DNA of 64,000 nt from Macrostomum lignano (lineage: Eukaryota). The position numbers and the translations under genes are program-made. The stretch covers positions 62,001-126,000 of the forward strand of contig NIVC01000793.1 in NCBI GenBank assembly GCA_002269645.1, read 5' to 3'. The notes below the pieces were generated by a model. That model was not told the origin of the DNA and ran no database searches. It worked only from the letters and a program-made list of their open reading frames with translations. Shown piece by piece: positions 48,099 through 60,809 of this stretch. The first letter of the stretch is position 1; every line of letters begins with the position of its first letter.

Positions 48099-49059
48099 TC
48101 TTTAGCGAATCAAAAAGTTCCTTTGCTGGTTTTTTGTTTTCTTCTTTTACTATTTTGTGTTCAACAGTTGAAGAAGAACTCGCTCTCTGCAAGTAATAGT
48201 TGCTATTGCGTGTACTCATTTTTATAAAAGAGAGCACCTTGCCACGCCCCCAGCCAACCCCAACCTGAAAGGCCAACCACAGGCATAGCGAGTACTGATA
48301 GCAGCCAGTGTGGTGTGACATGACAGTACTAGAGGCACAGTCAGAGAGATAATATCTGACGCACTCAAGCTACCTACATACCCTGAACAAGAAATTAGTA
48401 TCAACTGGCATTAGGGGCATTAGCAATTGCTACAAACTCAGGCTGACCTTCTAATGTTATAAATGAACTGCTTCAATAGAGCAGTAAACGCGCCAAATTG
48501 CTATTATAAATAGACCCTCACATAAATTAATGCATGCTACGGGTATTGTCATACATGCCCAACTTCCAAAATTCGGTCGGCCGTGCGACTTACATGTAAA
48601 AGAAGCCCTAAAGCAAAATTAACGCAACTTTGGGTAAACGGCAGAAATAACTATAGCTGTCTTATTAAGGCCAAATGCCTCGTCTTCTACTTAGTACTAC
48701 TTTGGTATTTATTCGGGTGGGCATTTTTGCGACTTACCTTGGTTGGCCGCCAAATCGGTAGGCCGGATCGGCCGACTGTTGTGCATGTATGGGTATTGTT
48801 GTGACTTTTCATTGAATCTTATATGATGAGCTCATTGTATGTGGAGCCTAAGAAGAGCAACTGCAACCCACTAAATGAGATTGATCAAGCAGATTTTAGA
48901 ATGAAGCTAATGGACTTAGCTAAAGACTCAAAAAGGCCAAAAGGCCAACATTAAACCTTAGCAATTTTGTTGGCCTAAATTTACTTACTAGTTTTGCTAA
49001 AGGTACCTTCAGCTAGGCCATTTGACAAGCACCAACTAGTCTTTATTAACACACATGCC

Positions 49060-49380
49060 CAACACCCGTCCGACAAGTCCGAACTGGACAGGTGAAATGG
49101 CTGCCGGCCAAGGTAAGTTGCAAAATCAAAAACACAAAAAAGGAAAAATTGGGGAAAGAAAGGAGAGGAAAAGGAAAGGAAAGGAGGGAGAAGAGAGAGG
49201 GGAAAGAGGAGAGAGAAAGAGAAGAAAAGAGAAAAAGGCAAGAAAAAGTCATATACAAAGTGAAGATTAAGTTGCAATCAGGGGAACTAAGTCGCAATCA
49301 AGAGGAACTAAGTCGCAATCAAGAGGAACTAAGTCGCAATTGGGAGGAACTAAGTTTCACTGGACAGGTGAAATTTTGAG
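49060..49380 (+). mobile_element. Dispersed repeat with a purine tract and 21-bp units (GAGGAACTAAGTCGCAATCAA)
   Basis: A second copy lies in reverse orientation at 56615-57118 plus 58949-58985, split by the LTR element. Confidence 0.7.
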
Positions 49381-51404
49381 TTTGGGCATGTATGTTTATT
49401 AATCTGATGAATATGACCAATCATGTTGCTTCTGAGTCCAACATTGCAATTCAAGCAGCTCTTCAGTCCTTGAGTGCAAAATGGTGTTTGCTTCAGTCTT
49501 TGTGGCATTTAACTTGAAGCACCTATCATTCATAGAGCCATTTCTAGAAGATTTTGAGTTCCTAAATAGGTTTAAAAAGTAGGAGTCTCATGCTCAAGGT
49601 TTATTTTTTACTTAAACAAATTCTAGAAAAGCATAAGTAATTCTTTAAGTAATTAAAATGCAAATAGAATATATATTTAAATAACATTTTTTAATTTAAT
49701 ACAAAAGATAGATCAAACTGATTTTTAAGTTGACATTGAAATTTAAACCAATTTTTAAAATATTTCTAATTGTAACAATGCAATCAAAAGATAAGAAGCA
49801 GAGACAAAAAAGCTCATTGGGCGTCCTTGCTTATTGGGTGCCCCAAAGGGGGGCTGCACTAGATTGCTTCAACATTGCTATATACTGAATTTTTAAATAT
49901 GTACTAATATCCAGTTTAGTAAATCTCAATATGCATATATACTAAATCTATAGGTTAAAGGTTTTAAAATCTAAGATTTGTTAAAATTGTAGCTTTTTAG
50001 ACAGTGGGTGAGATACAAAGTCTCAACTAATAGGATTCTAGATCAAGATAATAGAAATGGGATGTGTATACCTCAGATGCATATGTAGACTAAGACTAGG
50101 CCTAATAAAGAAACACGTGGGAACTGGAAACCCAAAGGAATTATTGCATGGTAATATGCAAAACACATTGTTTAGTCTAAAGGAATCATAAATATAAATG
50201 GCACATTGTACAAAAACCTTACAAACAAGAAAAAAAGAATTTAATCCATAAATAATATTAGTCAATCTATAGTTATCCTTACATATTCAGTTAACATTTT
50301 GGTTCTTTGTATTTCTTAAGTCTGGGGATTTTCTACTCTTCTTATTTCCTTTATTGTCTCACTCTCTCCTTAGCCTTTTTTCTACTTTTTGTTCCTTTAT
50401 CTCTAATCTCTTTTCTATTTTATATGTAGATTGTATCTCAAATTATCTTAATCCTTCAGCTTCTTATATGGCATCTATATTTCCATTTAAGAAAAATATA
50501 GATGCCATAAAGATTTGAAATCAAAACTGAAATTTTCAAGGCCCAATTCTAATATTAAATTTTGGAACATTAATTATTTAATAAATGCTATTTAATTTGA
50601 CTAGTAATTTATACTTATCTTATTTGCCCTAGACCTAAAATAGTATAGGCTTACTAAACAATATGAAAAAATAGACAGACAAAAGAGCAAATTTGCTATA
50701 ATTTTACTTTTATTTTTTGAACATATTACTGATAGTTAAATAGTTACTTTTGCATACATTGGAAATCTTGTTCAAAGTAAAATTGCAGTACATTTAGCAC
50801 TTGATTTGGTAAAAACGTGATTGAAATTGGTCTAGAATTGCAATCTCTAGAGTGTTACAGATGGACAGACAGACAGACAGATCTTAGACATTTAGTATAT
50901 TTGGACTTTTAGCACTTGACTAGCAATTCTAGTGCCTTCCTTTGGGGCATGAAATAAGTAAGGAGCAAAAATTATTCATGAAAAACAATTTAAAAAGCAC
51001 CTTTTCTTTTCTTAAGCACATTTCCTTCTTCAGTTTTAAGAATCACTTTATTTGAGTAAAATTGTTATGGACAAAGATTTTTGCTATGAATCTCTTTTTT
51101 TCTAAAATTAATAGAAAGACAACAAAATAAAGTTTTCACAAAGATAACAGACATTCCCCCCTAATAGAAAACATCCCCAAGACAGCAAGCATCCCCCAAA
51201 TAGCAAGCAACCCCAAGATAGCAAGCATCTCCCAGACAGCAAGCATCCCCTAAATAGCAAACATCCCGTAGACAGCAAGCATCTCCCAGATAGAAAGCAT
51301 CCCCCAATATCAAGCAACACCCGGATAGCAAGCATAACCCAGATAGCAAGCAACCCTGGATACAAAAAATCCTTATAGATAGCTAGCAACCCCCTCACAG
51401 ATGG

Positions 51405-51722
51405 CTCTTTAAGTTTAAAGTGGTGGCTCTTTTATGTTTGACATGGTAGCTCTTTTATGTTTGACATGGTAGCTCTTTTATGTTTGACATGGTAGCTCTT
51501 TTATGTTTGACATGGTAGCTCTTTTATGTTTGACATGGTAGCTCTTTTATGTTTGACATGGTAGCTCTTTTATGTTTGACATGGTAGCTCTTTTATGTTT
51601 GACATGGTAGCTCTTTTACATTTAAGATGGTGGCTCTTTTATGTTTGACATGGTGGCTTTTTTATGTTTGACATGGTGGCTCTTTTATGTTTGACATGGT
51701 AGCTCTATAACTTTTGACATGG
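51405..51722. repeat. 23-bp tandem repeat (TAGCTCTTTTATGTTTGACATGG)
   Basis: About 13 copies. Confidence 0.95.
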
Positions 51723-53230
51723 TGCCACTTTTCTGTTTGATATTGTGCTTCTTTTATGTTTAGCATTTTGTGTTTTTAGGGTGTTTTAATAAAAAAATCT
51801 TTTTTGCACTACTAAAATTTGAACCTAGGTTGCTACATTAGCAGCCTAGTCTGTTTGCCTCTAGGCTATCTCTTTTCAATTGGAGAACATGAACTGTTGC
51901 CTTTATACTTCAATTCTAATAGCAAGTCAGTTAGAGTAAAAAGTTATGACACAATGAATTTCTTAGTCAGCTAGTATCAATCTCAATTCAAGTTAGCAAT
52001 ATTGGTTATGCAATTTAAATCAAGTCTTGTGTGCATTTCTTTGGCACTGTTTTCAACTTGTTATGGTGCTATCTTTATTAGAATTAAAATTCAATCAGTT
52101 AGGTTTTTCTCTAACATTCTTACAATTGCATTTCAAGTCAAAAAAATTGCTTTAACTTTGCAAAAAAGCATGTTTTTCAAATATTTAATCTCTTTAACAT
52201 CGAGCAATTTCTTAGCCAAGATACATACAAGATTCTTAGCCAGGAAAATTTCTGATTGAATGTACTTACAAGTTTGAAGAAAATCAGTTGAGCCAATTTA
52301 TATTAGTATATGTCCTATATAACAAATTATACCAAATCACATATACACATATGTGCTTTTTTACACTAGTCTCCATCTTCCATCTCCATATACTAAAAAT
52401 GGTCTCTGTCTATCCATGTGATCAATTAGAGAAAAAATGGCTCAACCAATTTTTTGGAACTTGCACCATTCAATCAGAATTTTTTCTGTGATAATACATG
52501 CAATGTGGCTAAGAAATTGCTCAATGCTAAAGGGATTAAATATTTGAAAAACATGCTTTTTTACAAAGGTCAAGCAGCTCTTTCAACTTAAAATGCATTG
52601 TAAGAATGCTAGCAAAAAAACTGACTGGTTGAATTCTGATTCTGAAATAGATTGCATCATAAAATGCTTTTTAATTCTCATCTGTGTACTGACTAAATTT
52701 TGATAGTGAATTGAATTGCACCATAGTATTGAAAATGCAGTGTGGAAGCATAGCACAAGACTTGATTTATATCGCGTAACCACATTGCCAACTTCAATAG
52801 AGTCTGGTACTGACATGCCTAAGAAATTGATTATGTCATTACTGCTTATGTCATATGTCATGACTTAATTGATTTGGTGTGAGTGTTGAATTATGTGAGT
52901 GTTGAAAGTGCTACAAATTCATTTATAAATTTAATGAGAGCTAGCCTAGATATGAACACACTGGGACTACTAATGCAACAACCTGGGTTCAAATCTTAGT
53001 AGTGTAAAAAAGTAGTAAAAGTATAAATAAATAAATGCAGCATACATTTTTATTGAAAGCTTTTATTAAAGGACTAATAAAAAACATCTGGATTATGGCG
53101 CTTGATAAACCAATGAGTATTGCACTTGATAAGCCAAGGAATACTGCACTTGATAAGCCACAGATTATTGCACTTTGATAATAAGGAATATTGCACTAGA
53201 TAAACCAAACAATATTGCACTTGCTAATCC

Positions 53231-53745
53231 AAGGATTATTGCACTAGATTAGAAAGGGCTATTGCAGTAACTGTGACATCGATTTTTGGACTTGATGAGT
53301 AAAGGATTATTGCACTAGATTAGAAAGGGCTATTGCAGTAACTGTGACATCGATTTTTGGACTTGATGAGTAAAGGATTATTGCACTAGATTAGAAAGGG
53401 CTATTGCAGTAACTGTGACATCGATTTTTGGACTTGATGAGTAAAGGATTATTGCACTAGATTAGAAAGGGCTATTGCAGTAACTGTGACATCGATTTTT
53501 GGACTTGATGAGTAAAGGATTATTGCACTAGATTAGAAAGGGCTATTGCAGTAACTGTGACATCGATTTTTGGACTTGATGAGTAAAGGATTATTGCACT
53601 AGATTAGAAAGGGCTATTGCAGTAACTGTGACATCGATTTTTGGACTTGATGAGTAAAGGATTATTGCACTAGATTAGAAAGGGCTATTGCAGTAACTGT
53701 GACATCGATTTTGGACTTGATGAGTAAAGGATTATTGCACTAGAT
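53231..53745. repeat. 71-bp tandem repeat, ~7 near-identical copies
   Basis: AAGGATTATTGCACTAGATTAG recurs at 53231, 53302 and onward. Confidence 0.95.
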
Positions 53746-54469
53746 GAGAAAATGATTATTTCACTAGCTGAAAAGCTGATTATTGCGCTGTCTAAAAAGA
53801 GATTATTGTGGTAGCTGAGATGTAGATTGTTGCACAACCCAAGAAAATGATTATTGCATTAGTGGGGCACTAGCTATTTGCTATCTGGTAGATACTTGCT
53901 ATTTGGAGGGATGCTTGCTATCTAGGGGATGCTTGTTATTTGCCAAATGCTTTGTATCTGTGTAGATGCTTCTATCTAGGGGATGCTTGCTATTTGCAGG
54001 ATGCTTGCTATCTGGGTAGATGCTTGCGCTACGAGTATTGGGAGATACTTGCTAACTACGGTTGCTTTTTTGGAGAGGGGTATTTGCTATGTAGTGGGAT
54101 GCTTGCTGTATAGGAATATTTTCTATTAGAGGGAATGTCTATTGTCTTTGTGAAAGCTATATTTTGTTGTCTGTTTGTTAATTTTAGAAAAGAGATTCAT
54201 TGTAAATATCATTGTCCGTGACAATTTTACATGAAAAATGTGATTTTTAAAAGTGAAAAAAAGAAAATGTGCTGTTTTAATTGTTTTCTATTATCTATTT
54301 TTGCTCTTTGCTTATTGGGCACCCCAAAGGGGTGCCAAAGGGGGTGCCCAATAAGCAAATGAGAAAAGGGGGGCACCCCAAAGGCCATCAAAGCTTGGAT
54401 GGTAGGGTGCCGCCAACTGGAGTCCACTGGGCCAACTGCCGCTTAGTCTCCAGGTCAAAACTATAGATC

Positions 54470-55127
54470 TCAGACTCATCACCACTGAGTTTGAGCTGCC
54501 TCCATTGAATCTGTCGAGCATAGTGCAGCACCAGGTCACCCAAGCCTCCTTCTGCTCTGGAGCCAACTGATGAGGCACCCAGCGTGCAGAAATCTTGCTT
54601 AGGTTGAGCTGTGAATGCAGGACCATCCTGATGGATCCTGATGAGATGCCCACTTCTGCCTCTATTTGGGCCACAGTCACTCAGGTATCATCCTCAACCA
54701 TGGCCTAGACAGCAGCAACATTATTCTCAGTCATTGCGGAGACAGACTGGCCACTGCACTCCTCATCATCCAGACTCTGCCTGCCGCATTGAAATTCGGC
54801 AAACCAGTCAAAAATGGTGGATCTAGAAGGTTCTTCATCCCCAAAAGCTCCTTGCAATTGCTCAAGACTTTCTTGCTGCCACAAACCACTTTTAAAATTG
54901 TAATAAATCATTGCTTTAAAATGACTCCTATTGAGCTCCATTGTGAATTTGATAGATAGGGTGGCTATTCTAGCTTGGTTTGGGTGCTGCACTGACTATA
55001 TATGACCAGTGTGTTTGAAAGTATACAAACATTGTACTTATCTAATGTACTTGACACCTATGGTGTCAGATTTTGTCAGCCACCTCTCAACTATGCATAC
55101 CTAGAAAATTATTGCTCAGCCCTTGTT
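54470..55127 (-). mobile_element. Truncated, decayed mariner element (5' end and transposase N-terminus)
   Basis: ATG at 54941 gives MELNRSHFKAMIYYNFKSG...PSRSTIFDWFAEF..GRQSLDDE..SG, continuing with stops to LSKISARWVPHQL (mariner WVPHxL motif). A TIR-like ACAAGGGCTGAGCAATAA lies at ~55126. Confidence 0.88.
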
Positions 55128-56399
55128 TACTGAATCCTGCATGTGAATGGGATGAAAAAGGCCATGAAGACTAATCTATCAACTGGTACCCCCTTTCTGC
55201 AGCTGAAGAGCAAAAGCCATTGCTATTGAAACGAAAAATTTATATGGGTTTTTCCCATATTATTGTTTCCTTCTGCCAACAGTTCAGGAAGACAACGAAC
55301 AATGGACCTTCTCTGTGTGATCTCTAGAGTCACATTCTCAAACTTCAGGCGAGGTCTTTCCTCTTCAATCAGTATATTTTATAAGCTAGCACACTGTTTC
55401 GCGAGCAACGAGGAATAGGAGCAGTAGGGAGAGAGAGTGGGATTTCGAGGCCCAATAGGCAGTGTCGGTCAGAGGTTGTGCATGCATCACGCGAGGGTCG
55501 CATGGCTGGGCTTCTTGCTCGCCGATCATCAGGACTATTTTTAGGCATGCAGATCTTGTGCATCTGGGGAGTTGCTGCCAAGGCTGGATGCTTGTTCACG
55601 CATCACGCGCGTGTCGGCTGATTTCTCCTATCCTCTTGCTAACGGCGCCTTCGTTTCACTTCACTCCTACACAATGGAAACTTGGTCGTGTAACTCCTAG
55701 AGAAGTTAATGATTTTTCTGGTGTGCATTGGATATTAGAAGAAAATTTACCAGCAATCTTAAGTGTAGTCCGGGGATCAGGTAATGTGCAGTTGCAGCAC
55801 ATTCAAGGGAACTAGAAGCACCACCATCCCAATGTTCAGCAAGCTCACATAGAGAGGGACTGTTAATGGCGGTACAAAATCCAGAGGTTGTTGCTTCTAA
55901 TAGAGATCTATCTGTGCAGAATTCAAAAATTAAGATTCATGGTGCAGATGCAAAAACCCACATATATTGCTTTTCTCAAATAATTCAGCTGAAAAAGAAG
56001 CTGTTTTTGAAATGAAATGAAGAAACTAGATGTCTTAAGACAGATTTGTATGATGGCACAATGCTCATGCTGAATATATTGCTATAGAATATTGCCTATC
56101 AACTGATGCTGATACTGAAGCGCGGATCCAACAACTACATACAGCAATTCATTTGGACTTAGATTCGGAGACTGAGACTGATGGCCAAAGAAGTGAGAGT
56201 CTTCCAAGAAAAAGATATATAGTTATACAAACAGTTACAAATAGTTACCTAATGATATATTTCCAGATGCTTGAGAAGAGCAAACCAATAATGTACTTCT
56301 AAAGATTTAAGCAACTGTTAGTCACAGAAACAAGACAAAGCATAATATGCTAAAAGATTTATTTATTCAAGATGTGACAGTTTATGACAGTTGTTTTGC

Positions 56400-56600
56400 A
56401 AGTCTATAGGGCATTACAACAGATAAAGCATCTGTGATGACAGGAAGTTGAGTTGGACTTACAAGTTTGCTAAAACCATGGGCAAGAAAAAATTTCTTCT
56501 AACACCATTGTGCTGCATACAAATTGGAGCCTTCTATGTATCATGCCTTCGAAAATTTGCCATATATACAACATCTAGATACATTACTACAATGCCTAGA
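56400..56600 (+). pseudogene. Decayed hAT-like (ZNF862/DUF4371-type) transposase fragment
   Basis: GITTDKASVMTGS*VGLTSLLK...HHCAAYKLE resembles the hAT DGASVMxG...HCxAHxLxL motifs; in-frame stops present. Confidence 0.55.
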
Positions 56601-56614
56601 TGACAGACAAAAAA

Positions 56615-57118
56615 TCTCCTGATTTCGACTTAGTTCCTCCTGATTGCGACTTAGTTCCTCCCAATTGCGACTTAGTTTTTCCCAATTGCAACTTAGTTCC
56701 TCTTGATTGCAACTTAGTTCCTCCCAATTGCGACTTAGTTCCTCTTGATTGCAACTTAGTTCCTCCTGATTGCAACTTAGTTCTTTCTAATTGGGACTGA
56801 GTTCCTCCCAATTGCGACTTAGTTCCTCCTGATTGCGACTTAGCCTAGTTCCTCTTGATTGCGACTTAGTACCTCTTGATTGCAACTTAGTACCTCTTGA
56901 TTGCGACTTAGTTCCTCCTAATTGTGACTTAGTTCCTCCTGATTGCAACTTAGTTCCTCTGTTCTCTTTTCTTCTCTTTATTTTTCTCTCTTTTCTTTCC
57001 ACTCTCTTCTTCTTTCTTTCTTTTCTTTTTCTCTTCCTCTCCTTTCTTTTTTCCTTTAATTTTTTTGTTTTTCCATTTTGGATTTTGCGACTTACCTTGG
57101 CCGGCGGCCATTTCACCT
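56615..57118 (-). mobile_element. Second copy of the 49060-49380 repeat with an expanded 21-bp array
   Basis: Reverse complement of 49085-49350; about 16 units of TTAGTTCCTCCTGATTGCGAC. Confidence 0.75.
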
Positions 57119-58943
57119 TGTCGCGACTTTCCTAGTCATTTCTTTAGTTCACCTTCACTTGTCTCTGTTTACTCTGTTTTCTCTCTTCTCTGTCCAGCTC
57201 AATCTTGTTATTCTTATCTCTCTCTCCCTTGCTGCCTTCTGATTGGCTCTCCATTCTCGCCTCTCTCTTCAGTCGCGCACTCCACCCCCTCTCTTTATTA
57301 TTCTAGGCTCAACCCCCCAAAGTTAAATGTTCTATAAAAATATCGGTTTGGGCCCTGCGCCCACTTACTGCTCCTTCAATTTAACTCCAATTAAATATCT
57401 CATAATTCAATCGTTAGTATTTTTTCTACATGGCGCCCAATGTAAAATAATTAAGTCAATTCAGTAAGGCTGGCAAAGGCCATGCCATCGTCATAGTCGT
57501 AGCCCTCCACCAGTCTTCTCATCGCTTCGTCTGTCGGCCTCATCGCTTCGTTTGTCGGCCTCATCGCTTTGTCTGTCGGCCTCATCGCTTCGTCTGTCGG
57601 CCTCATCGCTTCGTCTGCCGGGGGTGCGTCCTGCGGTGTCCTCGGTCTCTCTCGGTCTCAAATTCTCGGCCGGGGCACCTCAGGGCTCGCCTGCCGGATC
57701 GTCTCTTCGCTCATCGTCTGCCGGGGGTGCGTCCTGCGGTGTCCTCGGTCTCTCTCGGTTCAGATTCTCTGCCGGGGCGCCGCGGGGCTCGCCTGCCGGA
57801 TCGTCTCTTCGCTCGCCTGCCGGATCATCTCTTCGCTCGCCTTCCGGATCGTCTCTTCGCTCGTCGTCTGCCGGGGGTGCGTCCTGCGGTGTCCTCGGTC
57901 TCTCTCGGTTCAAATTCTCGGCCGGGGCGCCTCGGGGCTCGCCTGCCGGATCGTCTCTTCGCTCATCGCCTGCCGGATCGTCTCTTCGCTCATCGCCTGC
58001 CGGATCGTCTCTTCGCTCGTCGTCTGCCGGGGGTGCGTCCTGCGGTGTCCTCGGTCTCTCTCGGTTTCCAATTCTCTGCCGGGGCGCCTCGGGGCTCGCC
58101 TGCCGGATCGTCTCTTCGCTCGCCTTCCGGATCGTCTCTTCGCTCATCGTCTGCCGGGGGTGCGTCCTGCGGTGTCCTCGGTCTCTCTCGGTTCAAATTC
58201 TCGGCCGGGGCGCCTCGGGGCTCGCCTGCCGGATCGTCTCTTTGCTCATCGCCTGCCGGATCGTCTCTTCGCTCATTGCCTGCCAGATCGCCTCGTTAAT
58301 TCGTCATTCAATTTTTTCTTTCACCATGTAGTCACAATTTAAAAAATTAAATTAATTTTTAGGGGGAGGGCGGATATATTCAGTCTTTTCAGTCTTCTCA
58401 TTGGTTCAAAAACTACTCAATAAAAATCTAAGTTTAAAATTCGGTCTAAATATTTTGCATTCGCTCTACTGTTTTTGTATTCAAATTCTTAGTCATTATG
58501 TATTTTTCAAATCGTTTTATACACCATTTATTGTGAATGTGTTTTTCAATTTAATTCGACCTAATTCTAACTCATTAATTTCAATTGGTAATGGTACTCG
58601 AAAATTCAAAAAATGTTCCATTTTTTTGGGGGAGTGTCGCGACTTTCCTAGTCATTTCTTTAGTTCACCTTCACTTGTCTCTGTTTACTCTGTTTTCTCT
58701 CTTCTCTGTCCAGCTCAATCTTGTTATTCTTATCTCTCTCTCCCTTGCTGCCTTCTGATTGGCTCTCCATTCTCGCCTCTCTCTTCAGTCGCGCACTCCA
58801 CCCCCTCTCTTTATTATTCTAGGCTCAACCCCCCAAAGTTAAATGTTCTATAAATATATCGGTTTGGGCCCTGCGCCCACTTACTGCTCCTTCAATTTAA
58901 CTCCAATTAAATAGTTTTTAGTTTAGTTAGTATTTTTTCTACA
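57119..58943 (+). mobile_element. Non-autonomous LTR retroelement (TRIM/LARD-like), 1825 bp
   Basis: LTRs 57119-57430 and 58635-58943 (TG...CA, near identical); PBS TGGCGCCCAATGT at 57431 (tRNA-Lys(CUU)-like); PPT GGGGGAG before the 3' LTR; 5-bp TSD CACCT; no gag or pol. Confidence 0.93.
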
Positions 58944-60809
58944 CACCTATCCAGTTTGGACAGGTTGGATAGGTGTTGAGCATGTATGGGTAGGCCTAAA
59001 AAAAAGCTATGAAAAAAATTTAAATGCAATTATTTAATATACTATAGTGCTTCTAGAAAAAAATTTATGGGGATCATAAATTGAAACTTGACCTGCTTGG
59101 GGATCATCTAACAAAATAATGCCAAATCTTTATGTATCAGGTTCTAGGTTCAAAAAATTGAAAATAAGGAACAATATTTTATAGCCCCTAAGTTATTTAT
59201 GAATTAGACCTAGCTCACTAGCTTAATGTGACACTGTGACAGTGAAGTCAAAAGAAAGCTGTAGTAAAACAAAATAGGCCCTAGGCCCCTAGCTTACTTA
59301 CTACCTGTACCTAGTCTAGTCATAGAAAACGAAGAAAAGGCAACCATTCTTATTAGGCATTAATTCATTTTACTGAGGTTGACAATAATCGGCATAGATC
59401 CCCTATGCAAAACGATAAAACATTACTACTAGCCGTAAATGTCCACTCAGTTCATTCATTTTGACATACAATACGCTGTAACGCTGGCATACAATGTTAC
59501 ACAGTCCAGTCAGAGAATAGGGCCTAATTAGAATATAAGTTAAGTTAATCTTAATGAGATCAGAGCCAGAGATAGTAAGTTGGCTCAGGCAGGGAGCCTG
59601 TTTGGCCAGTATACGTAGTAGTAGTAGTAAGAGTAGTAAGAGAATTTGGCTCAGGCAATTAGCCTGTTTGGCCAATATATTATAGAGCTTTGTATTTGGA
59701 ATTTTCGAATATAGAAGTTTATAAAGACGATTTGACGACGATTTGCTGAGTTATTGTAAAAGATAAAGTATTTGAAAGCGCGCCAGAATTTTTACGGTAT
59801 TTTTAGACGAAAAGTGACGACTAACAACTAACAACGAGTATAAATATTAATACAAAAATGAGTACAAATTACGAGGTATAGCTTTAATTGCGAGATTACT
59901 TTGGTAAGCGAGTTTGTAAAAAAAAAAAAATGTAGTATTTTTGAAAGCGCGTGATATTTCAAAGCGTGAAAAACGAACATAAACAATACTTCGAAAGAAT
60001 TTTACGTTTAACGAATAACGACGATTTAAATATAGGAAATTAAAAAAGACAGTAAATGAATAAACAACTGAAAAGCGGATTTGTTACACTGCTGATGTAT
60101 CTGATTCAGTTTGTTTAACTGTTTTAGCTATTCATGACTTCATATATTTTAGCTACACCAGTGAGCTCTTTTCTGACTCTTTTTTCATTTGTAGAATTTC
60201 AGCTGAATATTATCAATAGCTTTTGTATCAGACATGGTAGCCAGAGGGCCCCAGAGCTCACAACCGTAAGTGATAACGGGGGTAACAAGCGCGTCAAATA
60301 GTCTGCGAATGAGTGTGATGTCTAGGGACGTATTCTTTACCCTATGGAGTAGGGAAAACATGGCTGTATATCCCTGCTTAGTTTGGTGTTCAATACATTT
60401 TTTAAAGCTGTTTTTTGGTTCAAAAATAATACGTCAGTTACGTCAGTTATTTATTAAAAATTCAAAAGTAGAAGGAAAATCTTATGCATAAACTGTTCTG
60501 ACTATCTCAGTTTTGCAATAATATGTAGCAAATCTCATCATTGAATTTCAATGGATGCATTTTTGTTTAGTTGGGGGTTATAGGATTGTTAGTGTATATT
60601 ATCGATAATGTTTTTGTTGTAACTTCCGAAAGTGCGCCCCAATTTAAAAAAGCGCTCTCGCATCAGACCATGTTGGTACTTTAAGTGGAGTAGTGACGCG
60701 GCACCTCGAAATATAAAATCAGAATCGAGTTTGAATTACGTCTCGACAAAGTGCAAGTCTTACATTTGGCGACCACGCCAGGACCGAAGTCCTTGGAGCG
60801 AAATTGAGC

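Larger units (their letters stand above)
50938..54332. repeat. Region bounded by degenerate ~450-bp inverted repeats (50938-51400 and 53880-54332)
   Basis: Both arms share the GATAGCAAGCATCCCC sub-repeats and GAAAACAATT..AAGCAC..TTTTCTTTT segments in opposite orientation. Confidence 0.6.

Noticed and set aside
60232-60250. CA|TGGTAGCCAGAGG resembling an iMet-type primer-binding site
   Set aside because: Imperfect match; no LTR partner, TSD or downstream gag found, so a second LTR element cannot be supported.
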